Shown here one piece after another: positions 12,015 to 25,900 of a stretch of 64,000 nt of DNA. Source of the stretch: Tubulanus polymorphus (taxonomy: Eukaryota; Animalia; Nemertea); NCBI RefSeq assembly GCF_964204645.1, contig NC_134030.1, positions 18,126,210-18,190,209 of the forward strand. The letters are read 5' to 3'. The stretch's first letter is position 1. Every line of letters starts with the position of its first letter. Under the pieces are notes generated by a model. That model made no database searches, was not told where the DNA came from, and was given only the letters and a program-made list of their open reading frames with translations. Both the position numbers and the translations under genes were made by a program.

Positions 12015-12415
12015 CCCCTGTGAAGCTGGCTCCCGGTTCCCGGTTCCTTATTCGGCTCCCGATTCAAAATGCTATTGAACCGGGAGCCGAATCGGGAACC
12101 GGGAACCGGGCAGCCGGCTACTGGTTCAGCTCCCGATTCAAAATGCTTTTGAACCGGGAGCCGAATCGGGAACCGGGAACCGGGAGCCGGCTACTGGTTC
12201 AGCTCCCGATTCAAAATGTGAAGCTGGCTACTTATTATGGCCAGGTGGCGCTGGTGTACACTGTGCTGTAGTCCAGACATTTTACGTAACTATGTCTACT
12301 CTGCTGATAAACAAACTCGACCTCGACCTTGACAACAAATCGCCAGGTGATAGCGTGAGCCAATCCAGACGTCTAAACACGATTGCGTATGCGACCGCGA
12401 GAGCGGTCAGCTGTA
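12015..12415 (+). mobile_element. Unclassified ~400-bp interspersed element with internal GAACCGGGAGCCG / CGGCTCCCGATTC inverted repeats
   Basis: Begins CCCCTGTGAAGCTGGC. A near-identical copy lies inverted at 44478-44870, with partial copies at 42.5-43.9 kb. Confidence 0.8.
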
Positions 12416-12508
12416 GCTTCACTTCAGGATAGAACGATAACCACACTCAAACGTGGTGAACGGATAATAAAAATTTTTTAGATTCAATAAATAAATTCTT
12501 GTTTTTAC

Positions 12509-12509
<1 letters not shown>

Positions 12510-12583
<74 letters not shown>
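12510..12583. repeat. (TA)n microsatellite
   Basis: About 37 perfect TA units. Confidence 0.98.
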
Positions 12584-12587
<4 letters not shown>

Positions 12588-13486
12588 CTTCAGTTACACA
12601 CATGTTTTAATGCTATTCGATCAGATTGCTCTCAATACTTTTAATACGAATACGAATCCCTTACGAAAATGGTACACGTGTAATTGTAAATGAAAATACA
12701 CGTGTATTTCAAGTACACGTGTAAAATTGGCCCAATTTTACACGTGTACTTTATCCCAATTACACGTGTACTTCATCCTAATTACACGTGTATTACACGT
12801 GTACTTCATCCAAATTACACGTGTACTTCATCCTAACTACACGTGTAGTTCATCCTTATTACATGTGTATTTCATCCTGTATTACACGTGTACTTTATCC
12901 CAATTACACGTGTACTTCATCCTAATTACACGTGTATTACACGTGTATTTCATCCTGTGTTACACGTGTACTTTATCCTAATTACACGTGTATTTCATCC
13001 AATATTACACGTGTCTTACACGTGTACTTCATGCTAAATACATGTGTCTTTGATTGCCATTTTTGTTGAATTCAAATCAAACCACCATGTGAGGAAATCT
13101 CCTTAATCTATGTGCTGTTTAGAATGAACACTCAAGAGATTCACATTTTCCATACTAACTGATTTATTCATCTTCATAAATTTTATAAATCTTTGAGTAA
13201 TGGCATGTCTTATGTTGGCCTCTTTTGCACCCTTCTCCTTTCGACATTGTTCTGAAATGATAACCATTTGAAAAAAATTAAGCAAAAGTATACAATGATT
13301 TCTTTACGAGGATAAATAAATCAACTTCAGCTGCTTGGGATGATGATTAAATTATATAGCTTTTTCTAAGAGTCTTCTGCATATAACAGTTAAGTTTTTT
13401 CACTCTTCAATGACTTGATTTTAAGCCATATGGTGAAATGCTTGACGATCTGGCAATTTCAATGTTCAACGCCACCTGATGAAAAA

Positions 13487-14150
13487 ACAAGGGGTCTAGG
13501 GACACCATGCCCGTATGGTTTCGAATGCTAAACAATCAACATAATGAAATAGAAACAGGACATTGAAACTCACCACAATCATAGAACATGTCACAAGCTA
13601 CAATTTTACAATTGATCGATGTTATAATGTATTCATAGGTAGCAAAATAAATTAGACAAATTGTATATAATTCAATACTCAACTCCCCCTGGTGGTGAGA
13701 ACAAAAACCTGGGTAACCCCAATTCCACGTGAGATGAATACTACAACAGTGGTAACAATTATCAAATATCAAGACTATAAGTCAAAACCTGTTGATATTT
13801 TCCTTCAAAAACCTTCTTCTATCTATGAATGAGAACTGATGACACCAAGATGGCTGCCAAATGTGTCATGCTTGACTGATCGAAAAATCTGTCTCGTATG
13901 TTTTAGATTGTTAAGAATGTATACCCATCACAAATTTCAAAGAAAAATTGCAAACCATTAGGCAGCTACAAGGCAAAAATGACCTTTTTGGGAACAAAAA
14001 AGGTCACATGATGGCCATCTTGTGTCAAGATGGCCATCTTCATCTTCAAAATCTCCTTTGAAAACTTCAAAAAATTGCATAAGTGATGATTTTGGGGAAC
14101 GAAAATGGCCAATGCAGTTGGCCATCTTGATTCGGACCAGTTTTGGGCTG
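13487..14150 (-). mobile_element. Nested Helentron/HINE-like fragment, same family as 21835-22992
   Basis: Starts AACAAGGGGTCTAGGGACACCATGC. Shares GAAACTCACCACAATCATAGAACATG and CTGATGACACCAAGATGGC blocks with 21835-22992. Confidence 0.6.
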
Positions 14151-14159
14151 AAGACATGT

Positions 14160-14960
14160 CTAGGATAGATATGTGTGTAACTTAAATATCAAGAGTATTA
14201 AAACTTCCCAAAATACTGGATTCCATCTACAGACGAACAAAGGTTGAATGCAATAGCCCGCTTGCTTGGACTTACGTCTCAAATGGGCTAAAGCTGGGGA
14301 CACATTAGGCAATTTCGTCGAGCACTTAAGTTGTGCAACGAAATCGTCGGTAAAATCACCTAGTTTGTCAGGGTCTACGCCGACTGAATCGCCCGAATCC
14401 AACACGTCCTGCGACTGAATCACCCAACGCATCAGGCCACGGTGATTGTTCGCCTCGAGCGCCATATTAAACGTTAAACCCTCCCCTTTTCTGACCAAGT
14501 GCCCTTTTGAATCACAGGTAAAAAATTCCACCCTATGATCAAAGTGCACAAACCCCATACAACCGTTTCACACAGGGAGACCTGTATTGACTAGTGCTCT
14601 TTTCATAAGAGCTGAACCCTCTTTTTTCAGCTTGGATATGCCCCTGTAAATCAACAACAAATGAATGCTAGCCATTATATATTGAGTTCATGTACTTACG
14701 TATTATTTAGCTGACCCGGTTTGGGTCCAACTTTTTTCCTCATGGAAGACTTTCATTGCGTCGCATCCAGTCCAATGCCTTGACAATTAGTTCTTCTTTT
14801 AAATGAGTGGACAACAGCATGCATGCACCCAACAGTATTAGGTTTTCCGACTAATCAGCGTATGGCAGCAGCTGTTGTATCATCCAATAGTGAGTAGGCA
14901 TCCTAAAATGAGAAGAATTTACAATGCTTACGCTATAATCTTTACTAAAACCATTCCGAC
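14160..14960 (-). pseudogene. Decayed coding remnant inside the EnSpm-like element (possible accessory ORF)
   Basis: 132-aa ORF at 14160-14558 with coding-like composition and nearby splice-like signals; no family recognised. Confidence 0.35.
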
Positions 14961-16967
14961 GCTCATATAATATATAATGTAATTACCTGATTTTCATCAC
15001 GCTGTCGTTGTTGAGAAATCAGTGGAGAATTGAAGGCTCTCTCGCGCTAACATCGTTTTCCAACAATCCCCCAGTGGACACATTTTTAAGCCAAAAAAAC
15101 GGGAATTCCAATTTTATAGTGTCTGTCCTTGGATCAATTCTTATTGGTGTAGACCCTATAAAGTTTGAAAAAAATGGTCAAGAATTGATTGCACTAACGT
15201 CGTTTTTGCCCCCAGTCGAAACTCCGACAGCGACCTAATTTCATGTCCAGCATACAAGTTTAATGGCGATGATGGGCGCACAACAAAATCTAAATGACCC
15301 TGCGGTTTTTAGATTGGATGCATAAACACCAAAGACACTCCGTTTTTATCCCTCACAATTGGAATGATCATTTACAATTTTTTCACTGGACATTCAATCA
15401 TTTAAGGCCTATAATATATAGGCTAACTAATTCAAATTCAATTCAATACTAGGCCTACAATATTTAGTCATGTTGCTTTTCATTCCAATAAACATATTCT
15501 TTTAGTGACCTATAAACCTTTACTTTACTACATAACAATAATCATACCTGAACAATCCACAACGCGTCCTTTATACGCGGGATAATAATAAATGGCCTTC
15601 TTCGACTTTTTTGTTCCACTTCCATTCCAATCCATTCTAATGAATCTAATAATCATTCAATGATCCACTATGTGTTTGACAAGAGTTTGACAGAGTTGTC
15701 AATGATCCCCTTTTATGGACTGATTGTCATCCATTATTGCGTTTTGCAATCATTATGAGAATAGAATAGATCGTGAAAGCCTGTGAAAACGTGTTGCTTA
15801 ACAATGGCAATATGGCTGCCACCGCGCAGGGGTGCTTGGGAGTTTAATTGAAATAAATTATTTAATTATTAATAAGATTTATGTCTGCATTTTAGTTCTA
15901 TTAGAATTAAAAAATAATCGTGTTAAGTGATATTTAATTAGCAAAAATTACTTATACTAAGGGTTATTATGAAGCTAAGGCAAAATCAATTAAGTAAATT
16001 GAAAATAACGATTCAGTGAAGAAATGACGATCATTTTAATATACGCTGTATTATAAAAATAGACAAAAAGGTGCATGAATAAGGCCTCTAACTATTTAAT
16101 TCAACATTTAGATGAGATTATTTTGTCTAGGTTGTTTTTCTGTTCATTGAAAACCATTTAACTGGAGCTCGTCAGTTCGTCAGTGAGGTTTTCATTTTAG
16201 TAGTGTTCCAAAATGGAAGACAAATAACATAAAGATGCGCTTTTTAGTGGAAAATTACCCGAAAATATCGATGTACACCAACCGAATTCGTCTTTTGCAA
16301 GCATGGAGTTTGAAAAAGAAATTGCAAGTAAAAGGCCAGTTAAAATACGCCAGTAGGCCTACATGTGAAACATTTGGAGGTAAGATCATTTTAAATCTAA
16401 GCAAATCAAATTGACTTTATTGGTCCTTATCAATATCAATAAACATGTATATTATTGGTTTGACAGTTCAATAAAGTTGACAGGACAAACAAGAGACATG
16501 GAGAATTATGCAATTGCATAGGCCAATTGTTTAGTTTAATGTTAATGTTGTTAGTTAATCTTTTAATCCAGTTCCGATCTGGTATGTTATGCATGAGGTT
16601 TACTGTTCATCGCAACAATAGGCTACAAAATCGCTAGCTGGAAATCAACCTACGTATAGGCCTACTGTAGCCTTTAGTTCTATATGGGTTCTATTTGGGA
16701 ATAATTTAATCTCAAATTACTTTTTGTTTTGTAGATGGTAATATGTTGCTAAATGATGGACATTTCGATTTTTCAAGAAGTGGATTTTGAGAATCTGGAA
16801 GATTTAAGAATTGAAAATGGCCACAATCCACCAATAATGCAGACAATGGTTATGACAACGTAAGTTAGTAATACAGTGCCTTATGACTAATAATGCAATC
16901 TTAATTGCCAATCTGCTCATCCGATATGAACTTGACCAATCACAAAAATGTTTAATCTGTTTTGCAG

Positions 16968-17400
16968 CCACAGCTCATTGATGGAAATAGATGATCCTCT
17001 CCACACAAATGCTGAGGTGACCCATCGTGGGGCTGTTACTAGTATTATGGCGTTCTCCCTCAAAGCTGGATCCACTTCAACTGTTTTGACTGGATTGTTG
17101 GATCAGTTGAATTCACTGTTACTGAGAAGCAGTTCTACGAAGTTCTAATTAGCCTATTTTCAAAAGATTTTCTCTATGTCCGGAGGTGAACAAATATTAC
17201 TGCCCTGTATATAAGACATTATTCAAAAAACTGCAGGTATGATACAAATGTTCTTTATGTGTTATACAGTATGATAAGGCAACATTAGAGGAAAAAGGAC
17301 ATTTTTTTTGTACATGCCCATTAATGAACAACTGAAAAGACTCCTCGGCTAAGAAGAGCTAGCTAGCAAAATTAATGAATGGGCCTACAAGGAAAGCAGA
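16968..17400 (+). pseudogene. Decayed N-terminal fragment of an EnSpm-type transposase
   Basis: IMAFSLKAG...LTGLLDQLNSLL and FLYMPINEQLKRLL resemble N-terminal motifs of animal EnSpm transposases. The region contains stops and frameshifts. Confidence 0.5.
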
Positions 17401-20400
17401 ACACTTTGAGCTGGTGACAGCAATATATTCAACATTTTTCATAAATAACATTGTAATTCGGGGCTTGGGCAGTCCCCTAAGCCTCTAGTTATTTTATTAT
17501 TGTTAGTTATCTTGATAATAAATGAAAAATATCCAAAATTTTTTGTTCAGATCATGATTTTGTGAAAAAGTTTTTGGATTTATTCAAGGGGCAACAAAGA
17601 CATGTGCTTCATTCATACAGGATCCAATCTAGTCAATACAGGACAAACAACATGACTTTTTTGACACGGCATCCTGGAAAAAACTACTAAATGAGGATCA
17701 AACAATTAAAAAGACAGGAGATTCCTTCAATTCCTCGAACATTACATGCACAATCTTACTTTTTATAAAATCATGTGAAGCTAAACGATGTAATTACAAA
17801 TTTTATTGCAGTTTACAAAAGTGACCAATTATGAGAAACAAGGTACATGTATAATTTTTTAGCCTAGTACATGCATCCAGATTTACACGTGTTTTTAAAA
17901 TACACGTCCTAAGTTACACGTGTATTTCAAAATACACATCTTCAGTACACATGTAATTCAAAATACATGTCCAAACTACACGTGTATTTTAGAAATACCC
18001 GTGTTTTACACGTGTACTTCAAAATACACGTCAAAAGTACACGTGTAATTGTATATTACACGTGTATTACACGTGTATTTAGCTAAATACACGTGTACCA
18101 TTTTCATAAGGGATATTCATTACACTCCAATCACTTCTATGGTATATGGAGGAGGGAAAACACCATTCATTTAGGAGGTAAATGAAAACGTATCTTAAAA
18201 CTCAACAAACATTATTTACGGAACATACTATTTACATATTACCCGATGGATTCATATACATCTAAAGGTGTCCCTCCTTTCGAGTTTAGAACATTTATAT
18301 TCCGTGGTATTATACCGGTACCTTCTGAAACATGGCCATGGCCGCGACTGCACATCAATACCCGGCATTGCGATTTTCCGTGTTACACTTATATATAAAA
18401 CATGTACAACGTAAGGTAAACGGATATCGGGAAAACACAAACAATGAACGCTTTTACGGTTCGCAGCGCTTTTACGGCCGCAAAATGTGATCTACCGATC
18501 TCAGAAAAATTATGTGACCCAAGCCTCAATAACCCTCATCCCCCCTAAATCTCTACATATTTCCACTGCTCTCTGGAATGATGAGATAAAAGAATAGAAA
18601 TCGACATCAGTAGCACCAAAGCTAACCGTACCATTTTTTCTCACTACTTGAAATAAACTATGCGCAAAGCCAGAGAAAAATTTGCGATTTAGACAGAGAT
18701 AAATACAATGCAACACTCATCATCGATTCGATACAGCAGTTGGAGGCCTATTTGAATACTTGTAGTAAAGCGCGGTCGATTGATGCGCGCGGGCAGTATC
18801 TTATCTTCAAGCACAAAACTATCGTATTATTTCCAATAATTAATTGTTACATGTTTACACTCTTTGCGTAAAAGTAACGACACATCTGAATTTCTTCCGG
18901 AAAGCAAAGTAAAATTAGGTGACAATTGGAACTATTTAAACATTGAAACATACATACGCTTTAAGCGGCGTGATCAGTACGCACAATAGGGAGCATTTAT
19001 TGATTGCTAGAAAAGCGATAAAGCGACTCAACTTGTCGTGTTGTATTGCTATAATACTTAACACTGCATTTTCACATTTGTGATCATACGTACTAATTTC
19101 CCCTGGAGCGGTGCCCCGGCAACAGTGCGTCAGCAACAGGTGGGATTCTCACGCGTATCTCATTGAGCGGTGATGAGTGATAACAGATATCAATTTCTTC
19201 ACACGGTCAGCTTTTCCGATATCAAAATAGTAGGTCAGCATCATTGCTTGGTGACGTAGCTACGATAGTCCCAGTTGATCGTGTCATCACGTCTGGCGCA
19301 ACCTTGGAAAATCCTCTCGATGACAGACACTGTCCAATAAACATCGGATCGCCTCTCTGGCGCCATACTTGCGTGGGTTTGATTGCAGCCCACCGAAACT
19401 CTTGCTTCAGCGTCTCAAACGTTTTTTTTCTTTTGGCCACATGGCCAATGAATTGTACTTTTCGTGATTGATAAACGCAATGCTTATTTCGCAAAGGAAT
19501 GATTACTTATAAATGCGTCGTTCATTTATTCTTCACTTTGTTTACACAGTTCACCAAACTCACTGTTGCTTTTTTCACGGTATGTCGGTGATAAACCTAA
19601 GCACGTATGCGCTCTCTAGCGTATACAATTGATATATACGTATCCAATTGATAGTCATAATTTGTTCCCTCTTATATATCACGGCTATATGATGCACCCA
19701 CTAACATATATGTTTATCATATCATATACGATGGCACCAACAATACTTTAGAAATCATTAATTTAAAAAATCTTAAATGCCCCTTTTAAATGAATAGAAA
19801 CTGAGTAAACAGAAAGCTTTCAACAGAGATGACGTCAGGAACACGTACCTGCACACATCTAGATACAGTGAGCACCTGCTCAAACTGCCGATTTATAAGT
19901 GTATTTCAGGAAATGACTGAAATGATAATCAGTAGCATATTATAACTTGTGAACATATTACTTCATAGAAAAAGTATGACATGATATTCTATTAATTGTA
20001 CATGTGCCCTTTAAGCAAGTAGAATCAACATCGCGGATTGAATCCTTCATTGTAAAGGAGACATGCTGAAACTTCACTATCATTAAGTTCCAAACTTTGT
20101 TTTTTTTTCATTCCAGAAATTATATAACTATGCCTTTAAAATTCCAATAAATCGACTCTCTAAACCTTCGACCTTCATTATATATGACTCATCAACGATA
20201 TTCGAGATATATCTAAAATTTTGAAATTATGTACTTTTACAAAGGAATTCCGTTGGTAGTAATAAGTTGGAAAACTGTTCCGATTCGACTTTTTTTACTA
20301 AAACACCCTAAATCGATTCGGCGCTATGGTTTAAGTTACAGCGCATCATCAAATACATCGAAAAACCAACCGATGACCTCTCGTAACATCTCTATTCATG

Positions 20401-21244
20401 GCCGTCGGAACAGGGGCGGCAGGGGCGGCCAAAGCCGCCCCACTTTTTTGCTTAACAAAATATTTTTCAAAAGCACGCTGAACCGCGTAGCAGCTCGTCG
20501 TTCTCTGTACTAGGTGGTTGGCTCACGGCTTCTCGTGCTACTGTGAGTGAGACCGTGAAATGGCCCCAAAACGCATCTCCGGCGATTGAATTTTCAAAAT
20601 TTTCTGAGATAAGCGATAGCTAACCTGACCTCGGTCACTAGGCTAATCGAGACGTCTGCGTGTGCAGATTTCAGTAGTTTCACAGTTGCTATGCAACCAC
20701 AGTAACCACTGGATTAGAATACATATGAATATATTTACCTACAATACAACCCTTTCTTCCAAATTATCCACATGTTTTCGTTTTCTAGTGTGTTATAATA
20801 TTTACGGAAAATATAATACTCAACAAAAAAGGCGACTATAGGTATGTATATGTAGGTGATTCAGACGGTGGGCGGACGTCTCGATCGAACGCCTGTTTAT
20901 TTGACGATGTCACAATTTTGATCTTGTTGATCGCATTTTCACCAGGGTCGGGTTTCGGGTTTCACGAAGGGGAATTTAAGCTCCCCCTAATTCCGGTGTG
21001 CATAATTAGCGACGGGGCTGGTCATTTTATTAATGATAGTTTTTTCATCGTATAGGAATAATGCAATAATTAATTTGGAATTAACTTCGGAGATAATTAC
21101 AATTAATTACTTTTCCCTAATTAGCGTTTGTGAAAGAGATTTAATCATCGAATTCACTAACTAGAATAAAGCACTTTCAATTCGATATATAGCTGCAAAG
21201 CAGCGATAACGGGTTTTCTGCACAGTCTTAGAATCCTGTTCGAC

Positions 21245-21480
21245 GGTGGATTTCAACAAAGCATTTGATAAGGCTCAACATCAGCCATTACTGAACAGGC
21301 TATTAGGAAACAGTATCAATGATAGGTCGCCCAAATGGCACAGCAGTTATCTCTGAACGGAAACTTGTAACCGAAATCAACGGAACGCCTCATCTTGGAA
21401 TGAGACGGTCTAACTAGTGGAGTCACGCAAGGTAGTATCCTAAGTCGTCTTCTGTTTAATGTCCTGACAAATGACATACA
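21245..21480 (+). pseudogene. Degenerate non-LTR retrotransposon RT fragment
   Basis: VDFNKAFDKAQHQPLLNRL...SGVTQGSILSRLLFNVLTNDI matches the DFxKAFD and GVPQGSILGPLLF RT motifs. Confidence 0.85.
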
Positions 21481-21558
21481 CAGTAATCCAAAATAAACCA
21501 GACCGAGTAAATTTCCAAAACAACCTTAACACACTGTTCGACCAAAAACTTAATGTTC

Positions 21559-21834
21559 CGACAAAACCACGGGCGACAAAACCAAAATTATGAATTGTCG
21601 CGGTTGACAAAACCAAAATATTGAATTGTCACGGGCGACAAAACAAAAATAATGAATTGTCGCGGGCGATAAAACCACAATAATGAATTGTCGCGGGCGT
21701 TAAAACCAAAATATTGAATTGTTGCAGGCGATAAAACCAAAATAATGAATTGTCGCGGACGACAAAAAAAAACTATTGAATTGTTGCGTGCGACAAAACC
21801 AAAATAATGAATTGTCGCGGGCGACAAAACCAAA
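21559..21834. repeat. 31-bp satellite, first segment (~9 units)
   Basis: Same unit as the main array, separated from it by the 21835-22992 insertion. Confidence 0.95.
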
Positions 21835-22992
21835 CTAGGGGTCCAGGGACACCATGCTCACTTGGGCAGTGGTTTCAAATGCTCAACAATCTAACAATTT
21901 CAATACATAACGCCCTCTAGCGACCATATACAAAAACCAATGACCTTGAAACCCACCAGAATCATAGAACATGTGAGCAGCTATGATTTTGTAATTGATT
22001 GTGATAACAAAATATGCCTCGTTACCAATTTAATATGGAAATACTAAGTTATTCTACTATTCAACGCCCCCAGGTGACCATATGCAAAACCCAATGACCT
22101 TAAAACTCACCACAATCGTAGTACATGTCATGAAATACAACTTTGCAATTGATCATAGTAACAAAATATGCCTAGGTACCAATCTAATTAGGAAATACTA
22201 AGCCATTCTACTATTCAGCGCCCCCTGGTGACTATATGGAATAACTAATGTCCTTAAAAACTCACCACAATCATAGACGATGTCATGAACTACAACTTTG
22301 GAATGGATCATGGTAATAAACTATGCCTAGTTACCAATCTAATAAGGAAAAACTAAGCTTTTCTACTATTCAACGCCCCCTGGTGACTATATGGAATAAC
22401 TAATGTCCTTAAAAACTCACCACAATCATAGACGATGTCATGAACTACAACTTTGCCATTGATCATGGTAACAAAATATGCCTGGGTACAAATATAATAT
22501 AGCGATACTAAGTTATTGTATTATTCAACGCCCCCTGATGGCCACATACAAAGACCAATGACCTTGAAACTCACCAAAATCATAGAACATGTTATGGGCT
22601 ACAACTTTCCAATTGAATATAGTAACACAATATGCTTAGGTATCAATTAATTGTGGAAAAACTTTTTCCCACCTACGAATGAGTACTGATGACACCAAGA
22701 TGGCCGCCAATTGCGTCATAATTGGCTGATCAAAATACCTGTCCAAGGTATAAAACATCCCTCTCTAAAGAATATCCATCAGCAATTGCAATGAGAAATG
22801 GCAAACCAGTAGGAAGCTACAGGACCTAAAATTCTGGCCAAAATTGACATTTTAGGGCACTAAAAAGGTCATAGGACGGCCATCTTGAGTCAGATCGACC
22901 CAATTTTCTTATGCTGATGGGCCTTTGGTAGATTCAAATATAAACGAAAGATCAAGGTAATTAATTGATCAAAGCGTCTTAAAAATTTTCTT
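21835..22992 (-). mobile_element. HINE-like element with internal ~155-bp tandem repeats, inserted into the satellite
   Basis: Begins CTAGGGGTCCAGGGACACCATGC after an A-run and interrupts the 31-bp array. Contains ~5 copies of a ~155-bp unit (21905-22650). Homologous to 13487-14150. Confidence 0.7.
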
Positions 22993-25900
22993 CGGGCGAC
23001 AAAACCAAAATAATGAATTGTCGCGGGTGCTCAAAAACAAAATATAAAACCAAAATAATGAATTGTCGCGGGCGTCAAAACCAAAAGAAGAATTGTCGCG
23101 GGCGACAAAACCAAAATAATGAATTGTCGCTGGAGATAAAACCAAAGTAATGAATTGTCGTGGGCGATAATACCAAAATATTGAATTGTCGCGGGCGACA
23201 AAACCAAACTAATGAATTGTCGCGGGCGACAATGCCAAAAAAAGAATTGTGGGGGCAACAAAACCAAAATAATGAATTGTCGCGGGCGATAAAACCAAAA
23301 TGATGAATTGTCTCGGGCGACAAAACCAAAATAATGAATTGTCGCGGGCGATAAAACCAAAATAATGAATTATCGCGGGCGATAAAACCAAAATATTGAA
23401 TTGTCGCGGGAGATTAAACCAAAATAATGAATTGTCGCGGGCGACAAAACCAAAATATTGAATTGTCGCGGGCGACTAAAACAAAATATAAAACCAAAAT
23501 AATGAATTGTCGCGGGCGACAAAACCAAAAAGAAGAATTGTCGCGGGCGACAAAACCAAAATAATGAATTGTCGCTGGAGATAAAACCAAAGTAATGAAT
23601 TGTCGCAGGCGACAAAACCAAAATATTGAATTGTCACGGGCGACAAAACCAAAATATGGAATTGTCGCGGGCGATAAAACCAAAATAATGAATTGTCGCG
23701 GGCGATAAAACCAAAATAATGAATTGTCGCGGGCGATAAAATCAAAATGGTAAATTGTCGCGGGCGACAAAACCAAAATGGTGAATTGTCGCGGGCGACA
23801 AAACCAAAATAATGAATTGTCGAGGGCGACAAAACCAGAATAATGAATTGTCGCTGGCGATAAAACCAAAGTAGTGAATTGTCGCGGGCGATAAAACCAA
23901 AATATTGTATTTTCGCGGGCGACAAAACCAAAATAATGAATTGTCGCGGGCGACAAAACCAAAAAAAGAATTGTCGTGGGCGACAAAACCAAAATAATGA
24001 ATTGTGGCTGGAGATAAAACCAAAATAATGAATTGTCGCGGGCGATAAAACCAAAATAATGAATTATCGCGGGCGATAAAACCAAAATATTGAATTGTCG
24101 CGGGAGATTAAACCAAAATAATGAATTGTCGCGGGCGACAAAACCAAAATATTGAATTGTCGCGGGCGACTAAAACAAAATATAAAACCAAAATAATGAA
24201 TTGTCGCGGGCGACAAAACCAAAAAGAAGAATTGTCGCGGGCGACAAAACCAAAATAATGAATTGTCGCTGGAGATAAAACCAAAGTAATGAATTGTCGC
24301 AGGCGACAAAACCAAAATATTGAATTGTCACGGGCGACAAAACCAAAATATGGAATTGTCGCGGGCGATAAAACCAAAATAATGAATTGTCGCGGGCGAT
24401 AAAACCAAAATAATGAATTGTCGGGGGCGATAAAACCAAAATGGTAAATTGTCGCGGGCGACAAAACCAAAATGGTGAATTGTCGCGGGCGACAAAACCA
24501 AAATAATGAATTGTCGAGGGCGACAAAACCAAAATAATGAATTGTCGCTGGCGATAAAACCAAAGTAGTGAATTGTCGCGGGCGATAAAACCAAAATATT
24601 GAATTTTCGCGGGCGACAAAACCAAAAAAAGAATTGTGGGGGCGACAAAACCAAAATAATGAATTGTCGCGGGCGACAAAACCAAAAAGAAGAATTGTCG
24701 TGGGCGACAAAACCAAAATAATGAATTGTGGCTGGAGATAAAACCAAAGTAATGAATTGTCGCAGGCGACAAAACCAAAATATTGAATTGTCACGGGCGA
24801 CAAAACCAAAATATGGAATTGTCGCGGGCGACAAAACCAAAATAATGAATTGTCGCGGGCGACAAAACCAAAAAAAGAATTGTGGGGGCGACAAAACCAA
24901 AATAATGAATTGTCGCGGGCGACAAAACCAAAATGGTGAAATGTCCAGGTGACAAAAACAAAATGGTGAATTGTCGCGGGCGACAAAACCAAAATAATGA
25001 ATTGTCGCGGGCGATAATACCAAAATGATGAATTGTCTCGGGCGACAAAACCGAATAATGAATTGTCGCGGGCGATAAAACCGAAATAATGAATTATCGT
25101 GGGCGATAAAACCAAAATATTGAATTGTCGCGGGCGATTAAACCAAAATAATGAATTGTCGCGGGCGACAAAACCAAAATATTGAATATTCGCGGGTGAC
25201 AAAACCAAAAAAAAATATTGTCGCGGGCGACTAAAACAAAATATAAAACCAAAATAATGAATTGTTGCGGGCTACAAAACCAAAAAGAAGAATTGTGGCA
25301 GGCGACAAAACCATAATGAATTGTCGCTGGAGATAAAACCAAAGTAATGAATTGTCGTGGGCGATTAAACCAAAATAATGAATTGTCGCAGGCGATAAAA
25401 CCAAAATAATGAATTGTCGCGGGCGATAAAACCAAAATAATGAATTGTCGCGGGCGATAAAACCAAAATATGGAATTGTCGCGGGCGACAAAACCAAAAT
25501 AATGAATTGTCGCGGGCGTCAAAACCAAAAGAAGAATTGTCGCGGGCGACAAAACCAAAATAATGAATTGTCGCTGGAGATAAAACCAAAGTAATGAATT
25601 GTCGTGGGCGATAACACCAAAATATTGAATTGTCGCGGGCGACAAAACCAAACTAATGAATTGCCGCGGGCGACAAAACCAAAATATTGAATTGTCGCGG
25701 GTGACAAAACCAAAAAAAATATTGTCGCGGGCGACTAAAACAAAATATAAAACCAAAATAATGAATTGTCGCGGGCTACAAAACCAAAAAGAAGAATTGT
25801 GGCGGGCGACAAAACCAAAATAATGAATTGTCGCTGGAGATAAAACCAAAGTAATGAATTGTCGTGGGCGATTAAACCAAAATATTGAATTGTCGCGGGC

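Larger units (their letters stand above)
12658..18112. mobile_element. EnSpm/CACTA (CMC)-like non-autonomous deletion derivative, 5.45 kb
   Basis: TIRs CCCTTACGAAAATGGTACACGTGTA / TACACGTGTACCATTTTCATAAGGG and 2-bp TSD AT (12656-12657, 18113-18114). Subterminal arrays of TACACGTGTA lie at ~12674-13045 and ~17865-18098. Confidence 0.85.

Noticed and set aside
12499-12981. YIYIYI and YTCTLS-repeat ORFs
   Set aside because: Translations of the (TA)n microsatellite and the EnSpm subterminal repeats.
18260-20140. Kolobok-like ends (TAAAGG...CCTTTAA) and a THAP-like remnant at ~19.2-19.5 kb
   Set aside because: Too decayed to pair termini or recover the C2CH motif by eye.
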